This document shows positions 10,052 to 21,467 of a DNA stretch of 64,000 nucleotides, piece after piece. A program made the position numbers and the translations under genes. The notes under the pieces were generated by a model. The model saw nothing but the letters and a program-made list of their open reading frames with translations. It ran no database searches and was not told the DNA's origin. Position 1 is the first letter of the stretch; each line of letters starts with the position of its first letter. The stretch spans positions 160,001 to 224,000 of the forward strand of contig OZ250173.1 in NCBI GenBank assembly GCA_965238075.1. The letters run 5' to 3'. This DNA comes from Candidatus Entotheonellaceae bacterium (GTDB lineage Bacteria; Tectomicrobia; Entotheonellia; Entotheonellales; Entotheonellaceae).

Positions 10052-12103
10052 ATGTGCAAGGTACGGCTCACGCGGAAGCAGTACGGCGTCCTGGTTTGCC
10101 TCATCCTAACACTCGTTGCACTGGCAATAGATGGCGGGGTAGCGCGACGGGCGTCGGCACAGGGCGGGGGTACGCTGATGGGCCGGCTGGAGGGGCCGCG
10201 GGTTATCACGGACCGGGAACAGTTTCCCAGACGTTTTCACGAGGCGCCCGCTCTGGCGGACCTGGTGCAGCAAGGCGAGCTGCCGCCAGTGCAGGAACGC
10301 ATCGGTTCAGATCCCCTGGTGATCGAACCGGTGCGGGAGATCGGCAACTACGGCGGCATCTGGCGGCGCGGTTTCAGTGGACCCGCCGACTTCTGGAACG
10401 GTTACCGTTGTTGTGGGCACGACAGGATCCTGTTTTGGGACTATACCGGGAATATCGTCGTGCCGAATGTTGCCAAAGGATGGGAGATCTCGGAGGGCGG
10501 ACGTGTCTTCACCATCTTTCTACGCCGCGGCATGAAGTGGTCTGACGGCCATCCTTTTACGGCGGACGACTTCATGTTCTGGTACGAAGATATCTACCAA
10601 CACGACGAGCTGGTTCCGACGAAAACGCCCATTCTGGCCATTGATGACAAACCGGGCAGGATGGAGAAGGTAGACGATAGTACCATCCGGTTTGTCTTCT
10701 CCCAGCCCTACTACGTCTTCCTCGATATGCTGGCAGGTGCGACGGCGCTTGGCGGCCACAGCTACCAGGGACGCAGTCTCATGGGCGGCTTTGCTCCCAA
10801 ACATTATCTGCAGCAGTTTCACCCCAGGTACGTCGGGCAAGAAGCGGTGGACCGATTGGTCAAAGCCGCCGGGTACGATAACTGGGCCAGTTTCATGAGA
10901 TTCATCAACGATTGGTCCCTCAACCCAGACTTGCCTGCCGTGACCGCCTGGCAGACCACCAGGCCGATCAACACCCCTATTTGGGTGCTCGAACGCAATC
11001 CCTATTTCTATATGGTGGACACCGCCGGTAACCAGCTTCCCTATATCGACAAGGTGGTCCTGACGCTGGCAGAGAATCTCGAAGTCCTCAACCTGCGCGC
11101 CATTGCCGGCGAGTATCATTACCAGTCCCGGCATATCGATATCAGTAAGCTGCCGGTCTTTCTGGAAAATCAGCGGCGCGGCAATTATACCGTCTCCCTC
11201 GATCCGGCAGACAGTGGCTGCGACGCCTGTCTCTTCTTCAACCAGACCTATGATGCAGACCCGGAAATCGCCACTTGGTTACAAAACCGTGACTTTCGTA
11301 TTGCCTTGTCTCATGGGATAGACCGCGAGCAGTTGAACGAGGCCTTCTGGCTGGGTCTCGGCACCCCTGGGTCACAAGTGCTGGCCGAATCGTCGCCGTA
11401 TAATCCAGGGCCGGAGTACCGTACGATGCATTCGACGTACGATCCGCAGCGGGCCAATCGGATGCTGGATGCCTTGGGCCTGACTCGCAAGGACAGCCGG
11501 GGCTACCGCCTGCGGACGGATGGCAAGGGTCGCCTGCGTCTTGAAATGTCCACCGTCGGGGGCCAGTTTCTGCAGTTCACGCAGATTGCGGAAATGATTC
11601 GGGAGCAATGGGGCAAAATTGGCATTCAGGCAGACGTCAATGAAATCGAACGGAGCCTGGCAATTACACGCGTGGGCGCCAATGAGCTTCAGATCCACCT
11701 GTGGCAGAACGACGGTACCGAACACCCCTTTACCTTCCCGGCGCATCTCTTTCCATTCACCCCCAGCGGCCTCGGCGGTTCCAACATCGGGCCCCTATGG
11801 AGTCGCTGGTTCCGCACCAACGGGGTGCAGGGCCGAGAGCCTACTGCCCCCATGAAAAAACTGATGGCGCTTTGGAAACAGGGATTTACAGTCCCTGATG
11901 CGCAGCGTATCGAGATTGGCAAAGAAATTTGGCGCCTGGCTGTCGAGCAGCAATGGGCCCTCGGCACGGTCGGCCTCTCCCCGGCGGGTATGGGGGTGCG
12001 AATCGTCAGCAATCGCTTGGGCAATTCTCCGGGTCGGCAATACAACAGCCCAGATGGTATGACGCCAGCGCCGTCGCGCCCCGAAACCTTTTTCTTCAAG
12101 TAG
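10052..12103 (+). CDS. ABC transporter family-5 (peptide/nickel) substrate-binding protein
   Basis: Signal peptide, LPPVQERI, G.YGG, LRRGMKWSDGHPFTADD, RNPYFY.VD.AGNQLPYID; AAGGAG RBS. Confidence 0.92.
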   Translation: MCKVRLTRKQYGVLVCLILTLVALAIDGGVARRASAQGGGTLMGRLEGPRVITDREQFPRRFHEAPALADLVQQGELPPVQERIGSDPLVIEPVREIGNYGGIWRRGFSGPADFWNGYRCCGHDRILFWDYTGNIVVPNVAKGWEISEGGRVFTIFLRRGMKWSDGHPFTADDFMFWYEDIYQHDELVPTKTPILAIDDKPGRMEKVDDSTIRFVFSQPYYVFLDMLAGATALGGHSYQGRSLMGGFAPKHYLQQFHPRYVGQEAVDRLVKAAGYDNWASFMRFINDWSLNPDLPAVTAWQTTRPINTPIWVLERNPYFYMVDTAGNQLPYIDKVVLTLAENLEVLNLRAIAGEYHYQSRHIDISKLPVFLENQRRGNYTVSLDPADSGCDACLFFNQTYDADPEIATWLQNRDFRIALSHGIDREQLNEAFWLGLGTPGSQVLAESSPYNPGPEYRTMHSTYDPQRANRMLDALGLTRKDSRGYRLRTDGKGRLRLEMSTVGGQFLQFTQIAEMIREQWGKIGIQADVNEIERSLAITRVGANELQIHLWQNDGTEHPFTFPAHLFPFTPSGLGGSNIGPLWSRWFRTNGVQGREPTAPMKKLMALWKQGFTVPDAQRIEIGKEIWRLAVEQQWALGTVGLSPAGMGVRIVSNRLGNSPGRQYNSPDGMTPAPSRPETFFFK

Positions 12104-12114
12104 AGGTCCTATCG

Positions 12115-13101
12115 ATGTTTGGCTATATCCTCCGCCGTTTGTTGATTGCGATGGGCACGGTATGGATGATCTCCATGATCGCCTTCGCGATTATTCAGTT
12201 ACCTCCAGGGGATTACGTCACGTCCTATATTGCCCAATTGATGGCGACCGGGACGTTGGTGACACAAGAGGAAGCTGAGAACCTGCGCATTCAATATGGT
12301 CTGCACCAACCCTTGTACGCCCAATACGCCAGATGGGTATGGCTCATAATGCAGGGCAATTTTGGCGTCTCAATGGAATGGCAACGGCCGGTGCTGGAGG
12401 TGATTGGCGATCGTCTCCTGCTGACCGCTTTACTGGCCTTTGCGGCGGTCATTTTTACCTGGGTTCTGGCCATCCCAATTGGCATCTACTCGGCGGTGCG
12501 GCAATACTCCATCGGGGATTACATTTTTACGTTCATTGGCTTCATTGGCCTTGCGGTGCCGAGCTTTCTGCTGGCCTTGGTGGTGATGTACCTGACGTTT
12601 GCTTATTTCGGTGCCAGTATCGGTGGCCTGTTCTCAACGGAATACCTCGATGCCCCATGGAGCCTGGCCCGTGTGTGGGATCTCTGCAAGCATTTGTGGA
12701 TTCCGGCGCTTATTCTTGGCACGGCCGGTACGGCCCAACTGGTGCGCATTCTGCGTGCCAATCTGCTGGACGAGTTGCGCAAACCTTATGTCGTGACGGC
12801 CCGCGCCAAAGGGCTTTCAGAGCTGAGAACGATCCTCAAGTACCCGGTACGGGTAGCCCTCAATCCGTTTATCAGCACGATTGGCTATACCCTGCCCTTT
12901 CTCGTCTCCGGCAGCATCATCGTCTCTATCGTGCTGAGTCTGCCAACTGTGGGGCCCCTGCTGCTCAAGGCCCTCATCGCCCAGGATATGTTTCTGGCTG
13001 GAACCATCGTCCTGTTGCTCGGACTCATGACCGTCATCGGCACCTTGATCTCCGATATTCTCCTGGTCTGGATCGATCCGCGCATTCGTTTGGAGGAGTA
13101 A
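12115..13101 (+). CDS. ABC peptide transporter permease (DppB/OppB type)
   Basis: YILRRLL, IQLPPGD, YVVTARAKGL EAA motif, DPRIR end. Confidence 0.93.
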   Translation: MFGYILRRLLIAMGTVWMISMIAFAIIQLPPGDYVTSYIAQLMATGTLVTQEEAENLRIQYGLHQPLYAQYARWVWLIMQGNFGVSMEWQRPVLEVIGDRLLLTALLAFAAVIFTWVLAIPIGIYSAVRQYSIGDYIFTFIGFIGLAVPSFLLALVVMYLTFAYFGASIGGLFSTEYLDAPWSLARVWDLCKHLWIPALILGTAGTAQLVRILRANLLDELRKPYVVTARAKGLSELRTILKYPVRVALNPFISTIGYTLPFLVSGSIIVSIVLSLPTVGPLLLKALIAQDMFLAGTIVLLLGLMTVIGTLISDILLVWIDPRIRLEE

Positions 13102-13104
13102 CCG

Positions 13105-14259
13105 GTGGCCAAAAACGCGCTCGTACACGGCGTCGAAGAGCCCAGGGCAGTAGACGCGACAGACGTTGGTGAACGACTGTATGTGGCCTCGCAATGGCAG
13201 CTGATGTGGTGGCGATTTCGCAAACACCGCCTGGCCATGGCGGCCGGGGCAGTCGTCGTACTTTTCTATCTGATCGCCATTGGCGCCGATTTTGTGGCCA
13301 CAACGAATCCCAATCTCTCCGATGCCCGGCGCTCGCTCATGCCGCCGCAGCGTATCTACTGGTTCGAGGGCTGGCGCATCAGGCCGCACGTCTACGCGGT
13401 GACGGGCAAACGCGACCTCCGAACGTTTAAGCGTGTGTACACCACCGATCCGAGCAAAAAGATCCCGGTGCAGTTCTTCGCACGCGGTTTTTCATACACC
13501 TTCCTCGGTCTGTTCCCTACCGACCGTCATTTGCTGGGCGTCGGAGAGGGGTATGAAGCAGCCCAAACCCTGTTCGTGCTTGGCACGGATGTTCAGGGAC
13601 GCGACCTGTGGTCACGCCTCCTGTTTGCTACGCGTATTTCCATGTCCATTGGCCTCGTTGGCGTCGCGCTCAGCCTGTTTCTTGGCATTTTGCTTGGCGG
13701 TCTCTCTGGTTATTACGGGGGCTTTGTGGATGGTCTCATCCAGCGCTTCATCGAGATCCTGCGCTCCATCCCGACCATCCCGCTGTGGATGGGTCTGGCT
13801 GCGGCGTTGCCACGCGACTGGTCCATCTTGCGGATTTACTTTGCCATTACCATCATCATCTCTCTGGTGGGCTGGACTGAACTGGCCCGCGTCGTGCGTG
13901 GACGTTTTCTGGCGCTGCGCGAGGAGGATTTTATTGTCGCTGCCCGCCTGGTTGGGTGCAGCCAGATGCGCATTATTTTCGTACACATGGTCCCGTCGTT
14001 CCTGAGCCATATCATTGCCGCCACCACGCTCGCCCTACCGGCCATGATTATCAGTGAGACCTCCTTAAGCTTTCTCGGGCTGGGCTTACGTCCCCCTGCC
14101 GTGAGTTGGGGTGTGTTGTTGCAGCAGGCCCAAAACGTCCAGACGGTGGCGCTCTCCCCCTGGCTGATGCTACCTGCCATTCCGGTTATCATCGTGGTCC
14201 TGGCGTTCAACTTCCTCGGCGATGGGTTACGTGACGCCGCAGACCCGTACGGACAGTGA
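13105..14259 (+). CDS. ABC peptide transporter permease (DppC/OppC type)
   Basis: WWRFRKHRLA, LGTD.QGRD, ETSLSFLGLG, FNFLGDGLRDAADP. Confidence 0.93.
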   Translation: MAKNALVHGVEEPRAVDATDVGERLYVASQWQLMWWRFRKHRLAMAAGAVVVLFYLIAIGADFVATTNPNLSDARRSLMPPQRIYWFEGWRIRPHVYAVTGKRDLRTFKRVYTTDPSKKIPVQFFARGFSYTFLGLFPTDRHLLGVGEGYEAAQTLFVLGTDVQGRDLWSRLLFATRISMSIGLVGVALSLFLGILLGGLSGYYGGFVDGLIQRFIEILRSIPTIPLWMGLAAALPRDWSILRIYFAITIIISLVGWTELARVVRGRFLALREEDFIVAARLVGCSQMRIIFVHMVPSFLSHIIAATTLALPAMIISETSLSFLGLGLRPPAVSWGVLLQQAQNVQTVALSPWLMLPAIPVIIVVLAFNFLGDGLRDAADPYGQ

Positions 14260-14275
14260 AGGATGGGATATTTTC

Positions 14276-15337
14276 ATGATGGATGATGCCAACACCCCTC
14301 TTGCCTTTCGTTCCTTCGGCCCTCCCCTTCTCTCCGTCCGCAATCTACACACGTACTTCCCTCAGGAAGAAGGGACGGTCAAGGCCGTCGATGGCGTCAG
14401 CTTCGATCTCTACCCCGGCCGCACGCTCGGTATTGTAGGGGAAAGCGGCTGTGGGAAGAGCATGACGGCCCGGTCGATCTTGCGAATTATTGACCGCCCC
14501 GGGCGTATTGTCGCCGGGGAGATCCTGTTTCGCCGCCGGAAAGCGTCGGCCATGTCGCCAGACAGCATGATCGACCTGACGCAACTCGATGCCAACGGCG
14601 ATGATATGCGGGCGGTCCGCGGCGCCGAAATCGCCCTCGTCTTCCAAGAGCCGATGTCATCGTTCAGTCCGGTCCATACGATAGGCAATCAGGTTGTCGA
14701 AGCCATCCTGCTGCACCAGAAGGTAGGCAAACGGCAGGCACGGGCACGCGCCATCGAGGTGTTTCGTCAAGTTGGCATTCCCCTCCCTGAGCAGCGTCTC
14801 GACGCCTACGCGTATCAATTGAGCGGTGGCCTGCGTCAACGCGCCATGATCGCCATGGCCCTGGTGTGTAACCCCAGCCTGCTTATCGCCGACGAGCCAA
14901 CCACGGCGCTGGATGTCACAACCCAGTCGCAGATTCTGGATCTCTTACGCCACCTGCAACAAGAATACGGTATGGCCATCATGCTCATTACCCATGACCT
15001 CGGGGTCATCGCTGAGATGGCGGATGATGTCGTGGTGATGTATCTCGGACGCGTTGTCGAGCACGCACCGGTTGACGAACTCTTCCATGCGCCCAAGCAT
15101 CCCTACACGCAAGCCCTGTTACGCTCGATTCCCCATATCCGCTCCCGCCCGCGTGAGCGCCTGGCATCTGTTGCCGGGGTCGTGCCGCATCCGTACAACC
15201 GCCCGACCGGGTGTCCGTTTCACCCACGCTGCGAGTCGTTCATGCCGGGTGTTTGTGACCGGCAGGCGCCAAGCCTGTTGCCAATCGGCGAGCAACATGA
15301 CGTGAGTTGTGTGCTTTACCACGAGGAGCGCTCATAA
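14276..15337 (+). CDS. ABC peptide transporter ATP-binding subunit (DppD/OppD type)
   Basis: [27 protein letters not shown]-terminal GCPFHPRC. Confidence 0.93.
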   Translation: MMDDANTPLAFRSFGPPLLSVRNLHTYFPQEEGTVKAVDGVSFDLYPGRTLGIVGESGCGKSMTARSILRIIDRPGRIVAGEILFRRRKASAMSPDSMIDLTQLDANGDDMRAVRGAEIALVFQEPMSSFSPVHTIGNQVVEAILLHQKVGKRQARARAIEVFRQVGIPLPEQRLDAYAYQLSGGLRQRAMIAMALVCNPSLLIADEPTTALDVTTQSQILDLLRHLQQEYGMAIMLITHDLGVIAEMADDVVVMYLGRVVEHAPVDELFHAPKHPYTQALLRSIPHIRSRPRERLASVAGVVPHPYNRPTGCPFHPRCESFMPGVCDRQAPSLLPIGEQHDVSCVLYHEERS

Positions 15338-16401
15338 TGCGTGTGCAGAACGTTGAGGAGGCGGATGTGAGTGCGGAGAACGGCGGCGCCTTGTTGGACG
15401 TCAGAGACCTGCAGAAGCTCTTCCCGATTCACAAGGGCTTTTGGAAGCGGACCGTGGGGCATGTGCGGGCCGTTGATGGGGTGAGTTTCACCCTCAATGA
15501 GGGAGAAACGCTCGGGCTCGTGGGGGAGAGCGGTTGTGGCAAGACCACCACCGCACGCTGTATTTTGCAAGCGCTGAAGCCAACCCAGGGACAAATCTTG
15601 TTCCGCACGGAGGCGGGTGCCGTCGTCGATTTGGCCACCTTGGACAAAACCGAGCTGCGGGCGCTCCGACGAGAAATGCAGATGGTCTTCCAAGACCCCT
15701 TTACGTCTCTCAACCCGCGCATGACTCTGCTCGACATTGTGGGCGAGCCTTTACGAGTACATGGGATGAAGAAGCGCCGTGAACGCGAAGCGCGGGTGGC
15801 CGAACTCCTGCGTCTGGTTGGGCTGCGGGCGGAATACATGCGGCGCTTCCCGCACGCCTTCAGTGGTGGCGAACGGCAACGCATCGGCATTGCCCGGGCT
15901 TTTGCGCTGCATCCACGCCTGGTGATCGCCGACGAGCCGGTATCGGCGTTGGACGTCTCTGTACAAGCGCAAATTCTTAACTTGCTGCTTGACCTGCAAA
16001 CGGAGCTGCGACTGACCTACCTTTTTGTGGCGCATGACCTGAGTGTGGTGAAGCATATTAGCGACCGGGTGGCCGTCATGTATGTTGGGCAGATGGTCGA
16101 GTTGGCGCCCACTGAGCAGCTTTTTATGGCTCCCAAACACCCTTACACGGATGCCCTGCTTTCCGCCGTGCCTGAACCCGACCCGCGCCAGCGTACACGA
16201 CGCGTTGTCCTGCAAGGCGAGGTGGCCAACCCCGCCGATCCGCCCTCCGGGTGTTATTTTCACCCCCGTTGTCCACATGCAGTTGAGGTTTGCCGTACGC
16301 AGGCGCCGACGTGGGAAGAGGTCGCACCGCAGCATTTTGCGCGCTGTCACCGCGCCCAAGAGTTGCAACTCTTGGGTGTGGAAGGAGTCGCAAGGACCTA
16401 G
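15337..16401 (+). CDS. ABC peptide transporter ATP-binding subunit (DppF/OppF type)
   Basis: [37 protein letters not shown] stop/start overlap with the previous gene. Confidence 0.93.
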   Translation: MRVQNVEEADVSAENGGALLDVRDLQKLFPIHKGFWKRTVGHVRAVDGVSFTLNEGETLGLVGESGCGKTTTARCILQALKPTQGQILFRTEAGAVVDLATLDKTELRALRREMQMVFQDPFTSLNPRMTLLDIVGEPLRVHGMKKRREREARVAELLRLVGLRAEYMRRFPHAFSGGERQRIGIARAFALHPRLVIADEPVSALDVSVQAQILNLLLDLQTELRLTYLFVAHDLSVVKHISDRVAVMYVGQMVELAPTEQLFMAPKHPYTDALLSAVPEPDPRQRTRRVVLQGEVANPADPPSGCYFHPRCPHAVEVCRTQAPTWEEVAPQHFARCHRAQELQLLGVEGVART

Positions 16402-16536
16402 GGCCTGTGGGTCAATAGCGGCACCTCGCCGGGCGCAATGCCGCAATTGTCGACATAAGCGCCCATGCGTGCCATTTGAGTTGCCTGGCGACCCAAGAAA
16501 AGGCGTTTGATCCCTTCCGAGTCACAACGCCATCAT

Positions 16537-18156
16537 CTATTCGCTTGTCAACGGACCAAACCGTGCCGGCGGCTTGCGGTGTTGGGTGCCTTGTTCATAA
16601 GCATACGTATACCGGACGAGCTTACCTTCTTCGAACTCCTTCGCGATAAAGGTCAAGCCGGTTGGCAACCCATGATCGTTCGTGAATCCCGTGGGGACCG
16701 CGATGGCGGGCATGCCGGTGTGAGGGGAAATATGCTGGCTGTTGTCGCCATTGGGACTGTCCATGTCCCCGATTTTCCGAGGCTGATTGCTCCAGGTGGG
16801 GTAGACGAAGGCATCTACCTCGTGCTTGTCCATGGCTGCCTGAATCGCATTGCGAAACTCCTGGTTCTTCGCTTCGAGCTTTACACTCGTACAACTTCGT
16901 TCCGCAGGGTTCAGGTCTTGTTCCAGCGCAAATTTCATGCGTCCGTCGATATAGGGAAGATACAAGCCTGACGCGACGACTTCTCCCAGTTTTTTATAAG
17001 GTGCCTCAGGACCCAAGGTATCGAGATAGTTGTTGAAGTCAAAACGGAACGTGTTACACCATAGACGCCATGGGTCCGATTTGTCTTTCCCGTGGATCAT
17101 CTCTTCGAATCTGGGAATATCCATCTCAACCATGGTGGCGCCCAGGGCGCTCAAGTCTTCGACGGCTTGGTTGGTTAAGCGCCTGATCTCGGGGTCTGTG
17201 GTTTCCTGATTGAGGTGATAGCGAAAAACCCCGATGCGGGCACCCTTCAAACCATCCTTATCCAGAAACTTCAGGTAAGAATCCTCCACTCGACCGATGC
17301 TGGCCTCCGTCACCGGGTCCTGGGGATCATGCCCCGCGATCACCTCCAGAACGCGCACCGCATCCTCGACGGTACGACACAACGGCCCGCCGATGTCATT
17401 ACGCAAGAACAGCGGGATGATGCCGTCGCGGCTGGTCAGCCCCATCGTCGAACGTATCCCCACCAGACCGTTATGCGAGGACGGCCCGCGAATGGAATTC
17501 CCCGTGTCCGTGCCGAGTCCGATCACCCCCAGGTTGGAGGCAATCGCCGCCGCCGTACCCCCACTGGAGCCGGCCGGGACACGACTCAAGTCGTACGGGT
17601 TTCGGGTAATGCCATCGATAGAACTGACCGTGACGTAAGGACTGAAAGCCAATTCCGCCATATTGGACTTGCCGAGAATAATCGCCCCCGCCTCGCGAAG
17701 CTTCTTGATCTGGAACGCATCGTCAGGCGGCAGGGAGCCTTTGAGAGCCAAAGTGCCACCAGCAGTCTGCAAATCATACGTATCGTAATTGTCTTTCACG
17801 ACAGCCGGAATCCCGTGCAACGGCCTGAGCTGTCCCGTACGCTGAAATTCCGCATCCAATTCGTCCGCCCGGCTCAAGGCATTCGGGTTGAGCACAACGA
17901 AAGCATTCAATCTGGTGCTCTCGTCATAGGCCTCGATCCGATCCAAATACATCTGCACCAATTGCCGAAAGGTCAGATTTCCCGCTTTGACGTGATGGTG
18001 TATATCCGCAATCGTCGTTTCCATGATATTGAAGGTGTCCGACTGAGCAAGCGCCTGATCATTCACGATAAGGCCCTGCATGCCGAAGCTGAAAGCCATC
18101 ACGACAAATGCCATGGCCATTTCAAAAATCCGCAGCTTCTTAACAATTTGCCTCAT
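16537..18156 (-). CDS. Amidase-signature family amidase with N-terminal signal peptide
   Basis: [24 protein letters not shown] (Ser-cisSer-Lys triad); AAGGAGG RBS. Confidence 0.92.
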   Translation of the reverse strand: MRQIVKKLRIFEMAMAFVVMAFSFGMQGLIVNDQALAQSDTFNIMETTIADIHHHVKAGNLTFRQLVQMYLDRIEAYDESTRLNAFVVLNPNALSRADELDAEFQRTGQLRPLHGIPAVVKDNYDTYDLQTAGGTLALKGSLPPDDAFQIKKLREAGAIILGKSNMAELAFSPYVTVSSIDGITRNPYDLSRVPAGSSGGTAAAIASNLGVIGLGTDTGNSIRGPSSHNGLVGIRSTMGLTSRDGIIPLFLRNDIGGPLCRTVEDAVRVLEVIAGHDPQDPVTEASIGRVEDSYLKFLDKDGLKGARIGVFRYHLNQETTDPEIRRLTNQAVEDLSALGATMVEMDIPRFEEMIHGKDKSDPWRLWCNTFRFDFNNYLDTLGPEAPYKKLGEVVASGLYLPYIDGRMKFALEQDLNPAERSCTSVKLEAKNQEFRNAIQAAMDKHEVDAFVYPTWSNQPRKIGDMDSPNGDNSQHISPHTGMPAIAVPTGFTNDHGLPTGLTFIAKEFEEGKLVRYTYAYEQGTQHRKPPARFGPLTSE

Positions 18157-18216
18157 GGCATACCTCCTTCTTGTTGCGACAAAATTGCGGCCAGGAGTCG
18201 GGATCTCGTGCGCTGC

Positions 18217-18244
18217 ATGTTAAAGCGACCTTCCATGGTGTCAA
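18217..18244 (-). promoter_or_regulatory. Candidate sigma70 promoter for the amidase gene
   Basis: TTGACA-16 nt-TAACAT on the minus strand, ~60 bp upstream of the start codon. Confidence 0.45.
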
Positions 18245-18404
18245 GTCCTTTGTCTTCTCGATACCACGGCGGCGGCAAATGGCAGTTTCTGGCGACTATG
18301 TGAACAATGTGGTGGCCATGGCCCCAAGTGACCATTTTACGAACACCCAACCCTGCAGCTGGAGGCACAAGAGGTATCGGGTGGGGTTTTGGGGAGTGCG
18401 AGGT

Positions 18405-18649
18405 TGGCACAGACGGGCGAGCGCCGCGTCGGCCCGTGGGCGAGCCGCCCCGATACTGACTGCTGACTGACCGTTTCGGGATACACCCCAAGGCGCTCGG
18501 CAATATCGCCCCGGTGACCCCTTGCTGACGTAGTTCGTTTACCATCCAGTAGTCCTCTTGGGTGAGCATGCTTGCCTCCGGTTTCTTGGTGAAACCAGAG
18601 GGTTGCACGGGTCACTTGAGAGGACATCTTAAAATGCCGTTTTGGGGAC
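18405..18649 (-). pseudogene. istA: IS21-family relic: degraded istA 5' end plus part of the left end
   Basis: ATG 18569 gives MLTQEDYWMVNELRQQGV, continuing out of frame as GDIAERLGVYPETVS and RGGSPTGRRGARPS (IstA HTH); CCCCAAAACGGCATTTTAAGATGTCC resembles an IS21 subterminal repeat. Confidence 0.7.
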
Positions 18650-18708
18650 TGACCCTGCCCCCTAGTTCCTGCCATTGGATAGTAGAGTCTGTTCACGATC
18701 GTTGCTCT

Positions 18709-19560
18709 TCACAACGCCGCTGTTAGGGCCTGCGGCGTAGAGCCATGAAACAGCTCACGTTCAGCATGCCCGTCAATACACCTGAGGCCGGCGTAGATGC
18801 TTGGCGGCAGGCCGCCCAACGAACTGTGCGGCCGGATCGTATTGTAGTCCCGCCTCCAGTCTTCAATGAGGTTGCGCGCCTCGCCTAATGTCGTGCATAA
18901 GTGCTCATTGAGGCATTCGTCCCGCAGCCTGCCGATGAAGCTTTCGACGAAGGCATTCTGGGTCGGCTTGCCCGGCGCGATGTAATGCCAGTTGATCCTG
19001 GCTTCCTGCGACCCCTTGAGGACCGCGTGACTGGTCAGCTCGGTGCCGTTATCCGAGACGATCAGGATAGGCCTGCCACGCAACGAGACGATGCGCTCCA
19101 GCTCTCGGGCAACCCGAACCCCTGAGAGCGAGAAATCCGGCACGATGGCCAAGGCTTCGCGCGAAAAGTCATCGACGATGCACAAGGCCCGAAACCGACG
19201 CCCATCGGGGCGACTTGGCACGACCCTCGGCTTGCGCGTCCCTAAAGCTCGCTTGCGGCCCCGCCTACGTCGCACCGCAAGCCCCTCTTCACGATAGAGG
19301 CGAAAGAGCTTCTTGTGATTCACCAGGGTGCCCTCACGTCGTAACAGGATGCCCAAGCGCCGATAGCCAAACCGGCGGCGCTCGCCGGCCACCATCTTTA
19401 GCCGCTCTCTCAGGGCCGCGTCCGTACCCAGCTTCTTGTGATACTGGAACGTGGAGCGATCCAGCGCCACCAGCTTGCACGCCCGCCGCTCGCTCAAGCC
19501 GTGTATCGTCATCACGTGATGCACGGCTCTTCGCTTGGCGTCGGGCGTCAGAAGTTTTTT
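18709..19560 (-). pseudogene. IS3 OrfB (integrase core) with an in-frame internal deletion
   Basis: [40 protein letters not shown] present; the W(S)xDF segment is missing between PSRP and DGRRFR. Confidence 0.8.
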
Positions 19561-19811
19561 GTCGCCAGCTCCTTCAGGGCGGCGTTGTCCAGCATGGCCT
19601 CGGCCAGGAGTCGTTTGAGGTTGCCGTTTTCCGCCTCCAGGGCGCGTAGCCTTCGCGCATCGCAGACGGTCATGCCACCAAACTTGGCCTTGTACTTGTA
19701 GAAGGTGGCGTCGCTGATGCCATGCTTGCGGCACACCTCGGAGGTCTTCAAGCCCGCCTCTTGCTCGCGGATCATGGCGATGATCTGCTGGTCCGTGAAT
19801 CTACGCTTCAT
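19548..19811 (-). CDS. IS3 OrfA (HTH)
   Basis: [11 protein letters not shown]...[22 protein letters not shown]...[14 protein letters not shown]. Confidence 0.9.
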   Translation of the reverse strand: MKRRFTDQQIIAMIREQEAGLKTSEVCRKHGISDATFYKYKAKFGGMTVCDARRLRALEAENGNLKRLLAEAMLDNAALKELATKNF

Positions 19812-20492
19812 AGAGTCCATTCTCCCAACTCCAAGGGACTCTACATCGTCGCGGCCCGGATTCAAGGGGCTGGGTCACTGGAGGTCCTCGAATCTGTCGC
19901 GGATGTTGCCCGGGGTGAAATACAGACAGAGCACGACGTCGTAAAGGCATCCTCGATGTGCCAGCGCGGCATCGCCCACAAAAATTCGGGCATTGTCGAT
20001 ATGTTCTTTTCGCCAGAGGGCACGAGCGGCTTCCGCGATGGCCGAGGCCCGCAAGACCGCTTCTCCATGCACGAATGCCCTGGCAAGAACACGAACTCGC
20101 CAGGGCACTCCTTTTCACCCGGCACCACAAAAGCATCCCACCACGAGCAGCAGGCCGGAAACAGCACCGAGCAGGGGCAAGCGCACGCTCTACATGGTGG
20201 AGTGGATCAAACATCCCGAACTGCGGTTCATGCCAGGTAGGCAGGTCTGTGGAGACTGCTGTCAGCGGTTGTCGGGAAGCGATTTGGCAAGCGTCAACAG
20301 ATGCGACGATCAAAGGGCGGTTCCACCTCGTGCTACAGACCGGGCGCGAACCCTCGACGGAATGCTGCGGGAGAAAACTCGAGCAGTGGTACCCGAGACC
20401 ACAGGCAGGGGACAGCACCCCCGAAACGGAACCATGCGCTGCCCGAATGCCTCAACTTTTTTGCTCCCCTAAACCACGATTTCGGTGGCCTC

Positions 20493-21464
20493 TCAAGGAT
20501 CGGTGAGATGGAGATTCAGCGGTAGGTTCCCGTCTTCCGAGTCAACAATGTACTTCTTCACTTTGGGGAGGATCTTTTCCATGGCTTCCAGGTAGAGTCG
20601 GATCCTCGTTATATCGGGGGCCTTTTCGTACTCGGTAAGCAAGGCCAGAAACCGACCGCTGTTGCCGATGGCTTCCGCCGTTGTCTGTTCCTTGTAGCTT
20701 TGCGCTGCCAACACGAGCGTACGGGCCTCACCTCTGGCTTTGGGCAGCAGATTGTTCACATACGTCTTTGCTTCGTTGATCTTCTTGTCGCGGTCGGCCT
20801 GGGCGTTAACCACATCCTGGAAAGCCTGGGCGACCGACTTATCCAGCGTGATGGTCATGATATTGGCAGACGTGACCTGAACACCACTGTGGTAGCGGTC
20901 CAGTGCGGTTTGGGTACTGTTCTTGACGTGCTCCTGAATCGCCAGCCGTCCGGTGGTGAGTACTTCATCGACTGACATCCCGATCACGGCGGCGGTTAGA
21001 ATCGCCTCCGCCAAACTGCCAATGAGTGTTTGGGGCGCTTCGACTTCGAACAGATAATCAGTCGGTTGTTGAACGACGTATTGCAGCACCATACCCACGC
21101 CGATGATGTTGGTGTCTCCGGTCAAGAGTTCGATGCCTGTTATCACCTCTCCTTCCACCTCCGGGAGGACGAATCCTACTCCGCTTTTCATCACCGCGGT
21201 GGTCTTCAAGGTATCGACCCGATCCACGGGCCAAGGCAGCCGGTAATGTATCCCGGGCCCCAGTCGGGCGGCGAGACGTCCAAAGCGCCGTACCACGGCT
21301 TGCTCGTCCGCAGCCACAGCAAAAATACCCGAGGCGAGGTAGAGCAGTATGAGGACAACACCGAGGAGCCCCCCCAAGAAGACACGCTTCAGCATCCACG
21401 ACGCACCGGCGGTGGGAGCGATGTCATCATGGTCCGGGGGAGACTGGGAGGCGGTTGTGTCCAT
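20493..21464 (-). CDS. hflK: HflK-type SPFH/band-7 membrane protein
   Basis: Single N-terminal TM, VVRRFG..PGIHYRLPWP, LLTGDTNII, AFQDV..AQ.D, PKARGEA, RLYLEAME..LP. Confidence 0.9.
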   Translation of the reverse strand: MDTTASQSPPDHDDIAPTAGASWMLKRVFLGGLLGVVLILLYLASGIFAVAADEQAVVRRFGRLAARLGPGIHYRLPWPVDRVDTLKTTAVMKSGVGFVLPEVEGEVITGIELLTGDTNIIGVGMVLQYVVQQPTDYLFEVEAPQTLIGSLAEAILTAAVIGMSVDEVLTTGRLAIQEHVKNSTQTALDRYHSGVQVTSANIMTITLDKSVAQAFQDVVNAQADRDKKINEAKTYVNNLLPKARGEARTLVLAAQSYKEQTTAEAIGNSGRFLALLTEYEKAPDITRIRLYLEAMEKILPKVKKYIVDSEDGNLPLNLHLTDP

Positions 21465-21467
21465 GAT

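Larger units (their letters stand above)
18650..19877 (-). mobile_element. IS3-family insertion sequence (IS407-group-like), 1228 bp, probably inactive
   Basis: Terminal inverted repeats TGACCCAGCCCC / TGACCCTGCCCC; orfA-orfB with an A6 frameshift window near 19555-19560; no target duplication seen. Confidence 0.92.

Noticed and set aside
17215-18303. 362-aa plus-strand ORF
   Set aside because: Antisense to the amidase gene.
19878-20470. Possible SAM-methyltransferase relic truncated by the IS3 (IFVGDAA...YDVVLCLYFTPGN)
   Set aside because: Too short and degraded to assign without a search.
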